Positions 14,029 to 24,670 of a stretch of 64,000 nucleotides of DNA are shown piece by piece. Below the pieces are notes generated by a model. That model did not search any database. It saw only the letters and a list, made by a program, of their open reading frames with translations, and was not told where the DNA came from. Numbering within the stretch: position 1 is the stretch's first letter; each line of letters starts with the position of its first letter. Origin of the DNA: Antedon mediterranea (Eukaryota > Animalia > Echinodermata); contig NC_092677.1 in NCBI RefSeq assembly GCF_964355755.1, positions 21,129,175 to 21,193,174 of the forward strand, read 5' to 3'. The position numbers were made by a program, and so were the translations under genes.

Positions 14029-14047
14029 TTTTTTTTTTTTTTTTTTT
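14029..14047 (-). repeat. A19 homopolymer (T19 on plus strand) at the 5' truncation junction
   Basis: 19 consecutive T at 14029-14047, the last two overlapping the TSD. No homopolymer of comparable length was seen elsewhere in the window. Confidence 0.93.
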
Positions 14048-14055
14048 GTTAACAT
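14046..14055 (+). repeat. Target-site duplication, right copy (TTGTTAACAT)
   Basis: The satellite resumes in exact register (AAAAACACCAAAGTGCTT) after this copy. The first two T are shared with the T run, so the TSD could be read as 8-10 bp. Confidence 0.9.
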
Positions 14056-17000
14056 AAAAACACCAAAGTGCTTAGAAAAGCTTCAAATCGCATTTGGAGA
14101 CGTTTTAGACAATTTTGTTCATTTCGATGAAACTTGGTTACACAAAAACATCAAAGAGCACAAAAGAGCTTAATATCGTATTTAAAAACGTTTTATACCA
14201 TTTTGAGCATTTCGAAAAAACTTTTTCACACAAAACATCAAAGTTTACAAAATAGCTTCAAATCGCATTTGGAGACGTTTTAGACCATTTTGTAGTTTTC
14301 GAAAAAACTTGTTAACATAAAAACACAAAAGTGCTTAGAAAAGCTTCAAATCGCATTTGGAGACGTTTTAGACCATTTTGTTCATTTCGATGAAACTTGG
14401 TTACACAAAAACATCAAAGAGCACAAAAGTATTTTAAAACGTTTTAGACCATTTTGAGCATTCCGACAAAACTTTTTCACACAAAACATCAAAGTGTACA
14501 GAATAGCTTTAAATCGCATTTGGAGACGTTTTAGACCATTTTGTAGTTTTCGAAAAAACTTGTTAACATAAAAACACAAAAGAGCTTCAAATCGCATTTG
14601 GAGACGTTTTAGACCCTTTTGTGCATTTCGATGAAACTTGGTTACACAAAAACATCAAAGTGCTTAAAATCACATTAGAAACCGTTTTAGACCATTTTGA
14701 GCATTTCGTTAAAACTTTTCACAAAAAAACATCAAAGTCCACAAAATAGCTTAATATCGTATTTAAAAACGTTTTAGACCATTTTGAGCATTTCGAAAAA
14801 ACTTTTTCACACAAAACATCAAAGTTTACAAAATAGCTTCAAATCGCATTTGGAGACGTTTTAGATCATTTTGTGATTTTCGAAAAAACTTGTTAACATA
14901 AAAACACCAAAGTGCTCAGAATACCTTCAAATCGCATTTTGAGACGTTTTAGACCATTTTGTGATTTTCGAAAAAACTTAACATAAAAACACCAAAGTGC
15001 TCAGAATACCTTCAAATCGCATTTGGAGACGTTTTAGATCATTTTGTGATTTTCGAAAAAACTTGTTAACATAAAAACACCAAAGTGCTCAGATTACCTT
15101 CAAATCGTATTTTGAGACGTTTTAGACAATTTTGTGATTTTCGAAAAAACTTGTTAACATAAAAACACCAAAGTGCTTAGAAAAGCTTCAAATCGCATTT
15201 GGAGACGTTTTAGACCATTTTGTGCATTTCGATGAAACTTGGTTACACAAAAACATCAAAGTGCTTAAAATCACATTTTGAGCATTTCGTTAAAACTTTT
15301 CACACAAAAACATCAAAGAGCAAAAATAGCTTAATATCGTATTTAAAAACGTTTTAGACCATTTTGAGCATTTCGACAAAACTTTTTCACACAAAACATC
15401 TAAGTGTACAGAATAGCTTTAAATCGTATTTGGAGACGTTTTAGACCATTTTGATCATTTCGATGAAACAAAAACACAAAAACATCAAATTGCACAAAAT
15501 GGCTTAATATGATATGGGAAAACGTTTTAGACCATTTTGAACATTTCGTTAAAACTTTTCACACAAAAACATCAAAGTCCACAAAATAGCTTAATATCGT
15601 ATTTAAAAACGTTTTAGACCATTTTGAGCATTTCGAAAAAACTTTTTCACACAAAACATCAAAGTGTACAAAATAGCTTCAAATCGCATTTGGAGACGTT
15701 TTAGACAATTTTGTGATTTTCGAAAAAACTTGTTTACATAAAAACACCAAAGTGCTAAGAATAGCTTCCAATCGCATTTGGAGACGTTTTAGACCCTTTT
15801 GTGCATTTCGATGAAACTTGGTTACACAAAAACATCAAAGTGCTTAAAATCACATTAGAAACCGTTTTAGACCATTTTGAGCATTTCGTTAAAATTTTTC
15901 ACAGAAAAACATCAAAGAGCAAAAAATAGCTTAATATCGTATTTAAAAACGTTTTAGACCATTTTGAGCATTTCGACAAAACTTGTTCACACAAAACATC
16001 AAAGTGTACAGAATAGCTTCAAATCGCATTTGGAGACGTTTTAAACCATTTTGAGCATTTCGATAAAATTTTACACACAAAAACATCAAAGTGCACAAAA
16101 TAGCTTAATATGGTATTTAAAAACGTTTTAGACCATTTTGAGCATTTCAAAAAAACTTTTTCTCACAAAACATCAAAGTGTACAGAATAGCTTCAAATCG
16201 CATTTGGAGACGTTTTAGACAATTTTGTGCATTTCGATGAAACTTGGTTACACAAAAACATTAAAGTGCTTAAAATCACATTTTGAGCATTTCGTTAAAA
16301 CTTTTCACACAAAAACATCAAAGTCCACAAAATAGCTTAATATCGTATTTAAAAACGTTTTAGACCATTTTGAGCATTTCGAAAAAACTTTTTCACACAA
16401 AACATCAAAGTTTACAAAATAGCTTCAAATCGCATTTGGAGACGTTTTAGACCATTTTGTGATTTTCGAAAAAACTTGTTAATATAAAAACACCAAAGTG
16501 CTCAGAATACCTTCAAATCGCATTTTGAGACGTTTTAGACCATTTTGTGATTTTCGAAAAAACTTGTTAACATAAAAACACCAAAGTGCTTAGAAAAGCT
16601 TCAAATCGCATTTGGAGACGTTTTAGACCATGTTGTGCATTTCGATGAAACTTGGTTACACAAAAACATCAAAGAGCACAAAAGAGCTTAATATCGTATT
16701 TAAAAACGTTTTAGACCATTTTGAGCATTTCGACAAAACTTTTTCACACAAAACATCAAAGTGTACAGAATAGCTTTAAATCGCATTTGGAGACGTTTTA
16801 GACCATTTTGTAGTTTTCGAAAAAACTTGTTAACATAAAAACACAAAAGAGCTTCAAATCGCATTTGGAGACGTTTTAGACCCTTTTGTGCATTTCGATG
16901 AAACTTGGTTACACAAAAACATCAAAGTGCTTAAAATCACATTAGAAACCGTTTTAGACCATTTTGAGCATTTCGTTAAAACTTTTCACACAAAAACATC

Positions 17001-20000
17001 AAAGTCCACAAAATAGCTTAATATCGTATTTAAAAACGTTTTAGACCATTTTGAGCATTTCGAAAAAACTTTTTCACACAAAACATCAAAGTTTACAAAA
17101 TAGCTTCAAATCGCATTTGGAGACGTTTTAGACCATTTTGTGCTTTTCGAAAAAACTTGTTAACATAAAAACACCAAAGTGCTCAGAATACCTTCAAATC
17201 GCATTTTGAGACGTTTTAGACCATTTTGTGATTTTCGAAAAAACTTAACATAAAAACACCAAAGTGCTCAGAATACCTTCAAATCGCATTTGGAGACGTT
17301 TTAGACCATTTTGTGATTTTCGAAAAAACTTGTTAACATAAAAACACCAAAGGGCTCAGAATACCTTCAAATCGCATTTGGAGACGTTTTAGACCATTTT
17401 GTGATTTTCGAAAAAACTTGTTAACATAAAAACACCAAAGTGCTCAGAATACCTTCAAATCGCATTTTGAGACGTTTTAGACCATTTTGTGATTTTCGAA
17501 AAAACTTGTTAAAACATAAAAACACCAAAGTGCTTAGAAAAGCTTCAAATCGCATTTGGAGACGTTTTAGACCATTTTGTTCATTTCGATGAAACTTGGT
17601 TACACAAAAACATCAAAGAGCATAAAAGAGCTTAATATCGTATTTAAAAACGTTTTAGACCATTTTGAGCATTTCGACAAAACTTTTTCACACAAAACAT
17701 CAAAGTGTACAGAATAGCTCTAAATCGCATTTGGAGACGTTTTAGACCATTTTGTAGTTTTCGAAAAAACTTGTTAACATAAAAACACAAAAGAGCTAAG
17801 AATAGCTTCAAATCGCATTTGGAGACGTTTTAGACCCTTTTGTGCATTTCGATGAAACTTGGTTACACAAAAACATCAAAGTGCTTAAAATCACATTAGA
17901 AACCGTTTTAGACCATTTTGAGCATTTCGTTAAAACTTTTCACACAAAAACATCAAAGTCCACAAAATAGCTTAATATTGTATTTAAAAACGTTTTAGAC
18001 CATTTTGAGCATTTCGAAAAAACTTTTTCACACAAAACATCAAAGTTTACAAAATAGCTTCAAATCGCATTTGGAGACGTTTTAGACCATTTTGTGATTT
18101 TCGAAAAAACTTGTTAACATAAAAACACCAAAGTGCTCAGAATACCTTCACATCGCATTTTGAGACGTTTTAGACCATTTTGTGATTTTCGAAAAAACTT
18201 GTTAATATAAAAACACCAAAGTGCTTAGAAAGCTTCAAATCGCATTTGGAGACGTTTTAGACCATTTTGAGCATTTCGATAAAATTTTACACACAAAAAC
18301 ATCAAAGTGCACAAAATAGCTTAATATGGTATTTAAAAACGTTTTAGACCATTTTGAGCATTTCGACAAAACTTTTTCTCACAAAACATCAAAGTGCTTT
18401 CAAGCATTTCGTTAAAACCTTTCACACAAAAACATCAAAGAGCAAAAAATAGTTAATATCGTATTTAAAAACGTTTTAGACCATTTTGAGCATTTCGACA
18501 AAACTTTTTCACACAAAACATAAAAGTGTACAGAATAGCTTTAAATCGCATTTCGAGACGTTTTAGACCATTTTGTGATTTTCGAAAAAACTTGTTAACA
18601 TAAAAACACCAAAGTGCTTAGAAAAGTTTCAAATCGCATTTGGAGACGTTTTAGACCATTTTGTTCATTTCGATGAAACTTGGTTACACAAAAACATCAA
18701 ATTGCACAAAATGGCTTAATATGGTATGGGAAAACGTTTTAAACCATTTTGAACATTTCGACAAAACTTTTTCACACAAAACATCAAAGTGTACAGAATA
18801 GCTTTAAATCGCATTTGGAAACGTTTTAGACCATTTTGTAGTTTTCGAAAAAACTTGTTAACATAAAAACACAAAAGAGCTTCAAATCGCATTTGGAGAC
18901 GTTTTAGACCCTTTTGTGCATTTCGATGAAACTTGGTTACACAAAAACATCAAAGTGCTTAAAATCACATTAGAAACCGTTTTAGACCATTTTGAGCATT
19001 TCGTTAAAACTTTTCACACAAAAACATCAAAGTCCACAAAATAGCTTAATATCGTATTTAAAAAAGTTTTAGACCATTTTGAGCATTTCGAAAAAACTTT
19101 TTCACACAAAACATCAAAGTGTACAGAATAGCTCTTAATCGCATTTGGAGACGTTTTAGACCATTTTGTAGTTTTCGAAGAAACTTGTTAACATAAAAAC
19201 ACAAAAGAGCTAAGAATAGCTTCAAATCGCATTTGGAGACGTTTTAGACCCTTTTGTGCATTTCGATGAAACTTGGTTACACAAAAACATCAAAGTGCTT
19301 AAAATCACATTAGAAACCGTTTTAGACCATTTTGAGCATTTCGTTAAAACTTTTCAATCAAAAACATCAAAGTCCACAAAATAGCTTAATATTGTATTTA
19401 AAAACGTTTTAGACCATTTTGAGCATTTCGAAAAAACTTTTTCACACAAAACATCAAAGTTTACAAAATAGCTTCAAATCGCATTTGGAGACGTTTTAGA
19501 CCATTTTGTGATTTTCGAAAAAACTTGTTAACATAAAAACACCAAAGTGCTCAGAATACCTTCACATCGCATTTTGAGACGTTTTAGACCATTTTGTGAT
19601 TTTCGAAAAAACTTGTTAACATAAAAACACCAAAGTGCTTAGAAAGCTTCAAATCGCATTTGGAGACGTTTTAGACCATTTTGAGCATTTCGATAAAATT
19701 TTACACACAAAAACATCAAAGTGCACAAAATAGCTTAATATGGTATTTAAAAACGTTTTAGACCATTTTGAGCATTTCGACAAAACTTTTTCTCACAAAA
19801 CATCAAAGTGTACAGAATAGCTTCAAATCGCATTTGGAGACGTTTTAGACCATTTTCGTGCATTTCGATGAAACTTGGTTACACAAAAACATCAAAGTGC
19901 TTAAAATCACATTTTGAGCATTTCGTTAAAACTTTTCACACAAAAACATCAAAGAGCAAAAAATAGTTAATATCGTATTTAAAAACGTTTTAGACCATTT

Positions 20001-21456
20001 TGAGCATTTCGACAAAACTTTTTCACACAAAATATCAAAGTGTACAGAATAGCTTTAAATCGCATTTGGAGACGTTTTAGACCATTTTGTGATTTTCGAA
20101 AAAACTTGTTAACATAAAAACACCAAAGTGCTTAGAAAAGTTTCAAATCGCATTTGGAGACGTTTTAGACCATTTTGTTCATTTCGATGAAACTTGGTTA
20201 CACAAAAACATCAAATTGCACAAAATGGCTTAATATGGTATGGGAAAACGTTTTAGACCATTTTGAACATTTCGACAAAACTTTTTCACACAAAACATCA
20301 AAGTGTACAGAATAGCTTTAAATCGCATTTGGAGACGTTTTAGACCATTTTGTAGTTTTCGAAAAAACTTGTTAACATAAAAACACAAAAGAGCTTCAAA
20401 TCGCATTTGGAGACGTTTTAGACCCTTTTGTGCATTTCGATGAAACTTGGTTACACAAAAACATCAAAGTGCTTAAAATCACATTAGAAACCGTTTTAGA
20501 CAATTTTGAGCATTTCGTTAAAACTTTTCACACAAAAACATCAAAGTCCACAAAATAGCTTAATATCGTATTTAAAAAAGTTTTAGACCATTTTGAGCAT
20601 TTCGAAAAAACTTTTTCACACAAAACATCAAAGTGTACAGAATAGCTTTAAATCGCATTTGGAGACGTTTTAGACCATTTTGTAGTTTTCGAAAAAACTT
20701 GTTAACATAAAAACACAAAAGAGCTTCAAATCGCATTTGGAGACGTTTTAGACCCTTTTGTGCATTTCGATGAAACTTGGTTACACAAAAACATCAAAGT
20801 GCATAAAATCACATTAGAAACCGTTTTAGACCATTTTGAGCATTTCGTTAAAACTTTTCACACAAAAACATCAAAGTCCACAAAATAGCTTAATATTGTA
20901 TTTAAAAACGTTTTAGACCATTTTGAGCATTTCGAAAAAACTTTTTCACACAAAACATCAAAGTTTACAAAATAGCTTCAAATCGCATTTGGAGACGTTT
21001 TAGACCATTTTGTGATTTTCGAAAAAACTTGTTAACATAAAAACACCAAAGTGCTCAGAATACCTTCACATCGCATTTTGAGACGTTTTAGACCATTTTG
21101 TGATTTTCGAAAAAACTTGTTAACATAAAAACACCAAAGTGCTTAGAAAGCTTCAAATCGCATTTGGAGACGTTTTAGACCATTTTGAGCATTTCGATAA
21201 AAATTTACACACAAAAACATCAAAGTGCACAAAATAGCTTAATATGGTATTTAAAAACGTTTTAGACCATTTTGAGCATTTCGACAAAACTTTTTCTCAC
21301 AAAACATCAAAGTGTACAGAATAGCTTCAAATGGCATTTGGAGACGTTTTAGACCATTTTGTGCATTTTGATGAAACTTGGTTACACAAAAACATCAAAG
21401 TGCTTAAAATCACATTTTGAGCATTTCGTTAAAACTTTTCACACAAAAACATCAAA

Positions 21457-24400
21457 GAGCAAAAAATAGTTAATATCGTATTTAAAAACGTTTTAGACCA
21501 TTTTGAGCATTTCGACAAAACTTTTTCACACAAAACATCAAAGTGTACAGAATAGCTTTAAATCGCATTTGGAGACGTTTTAGACCATTTTGTGATTTTC
21601 GAAAAAACTTGTTAACATAAAAACACCAAAGTGCTTAGAAAAGTTTCAAATCGCATTTGGAGACGTTTTAGACCATTTTGTTCATTTCGATGAAACTTGG
21701 TTACACAAAAACATCAAATTGCACAAAATGGCTTAATATGGTATGGGAAAACGTTTTAGACCATTTTGAGCATTTCGAAAAAACTTTTTCACACAAAACA
21801 TCAAAGTTTACAAAATAGCTTCAAATCGCATTTGGAGACGTTTTAGACCATTTTGTGATTTTCGAAAAAACTTGTTAACATAAAAACACAAAAGAGCTTC
21901 AAATCGCATTTGGAGACGTTTTAGACCCTTTTGTGCATTTCGATGAAACTTGGTTACACAAAAACATCAAAGTGCTTAAAATCACATTAGAAACCGTTTT
22001 AGACACTTTTGAGCATTTCGTTAAAACTTTTCACACAAAAACATCAAAGTCCACAAAATAGCTTAATATCGTATTTAAAAAAGTTTTAGACCATTTTGAG
22101 CATTTCGAAAAAACTTTTTCACACAAAACATCAAAGTGTACAAAATAGCTTGAAATCGCATTTGGAGACGTTTTAGACAATTTTGTGATTTTCGAAAAAA
22201 CTTGTTTACATAAAAACACCAAAGTGCTAAGAATAGCTTCCAATCGCATTTGGAGACGTTTTAGACCCTTTTGTGCATTTCGATGAAACTTGGTTACACA
22301 AAAACATCAAAGTGCTTAAAATCACATTAGAAACCGTTTTAGACCATTTTGAGCATTTCGTTAAAACTTTTAACACAAAAACATCAAAGTGCACAAAATA
22401 GCGTAATATGGTATTTAAAAACGTTTTAGACCATTTTGAACATTTCGAGAAAACTTTTTCACACAAAACTTCAAAGTGTACAGAATAGCTTCAAATCGCA
22501 TTAGAAACCGTTTTAGACCATTTTGAGCATTTCGAAAAAACTTTTTCACACAAAACATCAAAGTTTACAAAATAGCTTCAAATCGCATTTGGAGACGTTT
22601 TAGACCATTTTGTGATTTTCGAAAAAACTTGTTAACATAAAAACACCAAAGTGCTCAGAATACCTTCAAATCGCATTTTGAGACGTTTTAGACCATTTTG
22701 TGATTTTCGAAAAAACTTGTTAACATAAAAATACCAAAGTGCTCAGCCTACCTTCAAATCGTGTTTTGAGACGTTTTAGACCATTTTGTGATTTTCGAAA
22801 AAACTTGTTAACATAAAAACACCAAAGTGCTCAGAATACCTTCAAATCGCATTTGGAGACGTTTTAGACCATTTTGTGATTTTCGAAAAAACTTGTTAAC
22901 ATAAAAACACCAAAGTGCTCAGAAAAGCTTCAAATCGCATTTGGAGACGTTTTAAACCATTTTGTTCATTTCGATGAAACTTGGTTACACAAAAATATCA
23001 AAGAGCACAAAAGTATTTAAAAACGTTTTAGACCATCTTGAGCATTCCGACAAAACTTTTTCACACAAAACATCAAAGTGTACAGAATAGCTTTAAATCG
23101 CATTTGGAGACGTTTTAGACCATTTTGTAGTTTTCGAAAAAACTTGTTAACATAAAAACACAAAAGAGCTTCAAATCGCATTTGGAGACGTTTTAGACCC
23201 TTTTGTGCATTTCGATGAAACTTGGTTACACAAAAACATCAAAGTGCTTAAAATCACATTAGAAACCGTTTTAGACCATTTTGAGCATTTCGTTAAAACT
23301 CTTCACACAAAAACATCAAAGTCCACAAAATAGCTTAATATCGTATTCAAAAACGTTTTAGACCATTTTGAGCATTTCGAAAAAACTTTTTCACACAAAA
23401 CATCAAAGTTTACAAAATAGCTTCAAATCGCATTTGGAGACGTTTTAGACCATTTTGTGATTTTCGAAAAAACTTGTTAACATAAAAACACCAAAGTGCT
23501 CAGAATACCTTCAAATCGCATTTTGAGACGTTTTAGACCATTTTGTGATTTTCGAAAAAACAACATAAAAACACCAAAGTGCTCAGAATACCTTCAAATC
23601 GCATTTGGAGACGTTTTAGACCATTTTGTGATTTTGGAAAAAACTTGTTAACATAAAAACACCAAAGTGCTCAGAATACCTTCAAATCGTATTTTGAGAC
23701 GTTTTAGACAATTTTGTGATTTTCGAAAAAACTTGTTAACATAAAAACACCAAAGTGCTTAGAAAAGCTTCAAATCGCATTTTGAGACGTTTTAGACCAT
23801 TTTGTGCATTTCGATGAAACTTGGTTACACAAAAACATCAAAGTGTACAGAATAGCTTCAAATCGCATTAGAAACCGTTTTAGACCATTTTGAGCATTTC
23901 GAAAAAACTTTTTCACACAAAACATCAAAGTGTACAAAATAGCTTCAAATCGCATTTGGAGACGTTTTAGACAATTTTGTGATTTTCGAAAAAACTTGTT
24001 TACATAAAAACACCAAAGTGCTAAGAATAGCTTCAAATCGCATTTGGAGACGTTTTAGACCCTTTTGTGCATTTCGATGAAACTTGGTTACACAAAAACA
24101 TCAAAGTGCTTAAAATCACATTAGAAACCGTTTTAGACCATTTTGAGCATTTCGTTAAAATTTTTCACAGAAAAACATCAAAGAGCAAAAAATAGCTTAA
24201 TATCGTATTTAAAAACGTTTTAGACCATTTTGAGCATTTCGACAAAACTTTTTCACACAAAACATCAAAGTGTACAGAATAGCTTAATATCGCATTTGGA
24301 GACGTTTTAACCCATTTTGAGCATTTCGATAAAATTTTACACACAAAAACATCAAAGTGCACAAAATAGCTTAATATGGTATTTAAAAACGTTTTAGAAC

Positions 24401-24670
24401 ATTTTGAGCATTTCAACAAAACTTTTTCTCACAAAACATCAAAGTGTACAGAATAGCTTCAAATCGCATTTGGAGACGTTTTAGACCATTTTGTGCATTT
24501 CGATGAAACTTGGTTACACAAAAACATCAAAGTGCTTAAAATCACATTTTGAGCATTTCGTTAAAACTTTTCACACAAAAACATCAAAGAGTAAAAAATA
24601 GCTTAATATCGTATTTAAAAACGTTTTAGACCATTTTGAGCATTTCGACAAAATTTGTTCACACAAAACA
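21457..24670 (+). repeat. Near-identical copy of window positions 1 to ~3220 (offset 21456-21457)
   Basis: The spurious ORFs at 575/22031 and 771/22227 are identical. Rare variants AGACACTTTT, GCGTAATATGG, ACCATCTTGAG and ACTCTTCACA are shared. Confidence 0.9.

Larger units (their letters stand above)
13400..14045 (-). mobile_element. 5'-truncated non-LTR retrotransposon (LINE), RTE-clade-like, 646 bp
   Basis: This is the only non-satellite sequence, bounded by a direct repeat of the target. It encodes the end of a reverse transcriptase and its C-terminal region (QVSSFNYLGSKIT, EIKRRI..AKSAF, YGSEAW, EMWFLRRMMRIPWTDRVSNEDVL, GKIEGRRSRGR...W), motifs I recognise from RTE-clade ORFs. The very short 3' UTR ends in a microsatellite, as is typical of RTE elements. 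Confidence 0.93.
12480..14290 (+). repeat. Tandem duplication of a 524-bp six-monomer unit; the second copy carries the retroelement
   Basis: Rare variants are shared. ACTTAACAT occurs at 12691 and 13215 (offset 524). TTTTATACCA occurs at 13011 and 14191 (offset 1180 = 524 + 646 insert + 10 TSD). Ends are approximate. Confidence 0.88.

Noticed and set aside
14029-14047. T run as a Rho-independent terminator or as an ordinary 3' poly(A) tail
   Set aside because: No GC-rich hairpin precedes it. As poly(A) it lies 5' of the ORF on the coding strand, the wrong polarity for the element's own tail.
13420-14055. Bacterial reverse transcriptase system (retron, group II intron, DGR or RT-linked repeat array)
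   Set aside because: The motifs, TSD, microsatellite tail and 5' truncation all fit a eukaryotic non-LTR element. There is no YxDD core, ncRNA or accessory gene.
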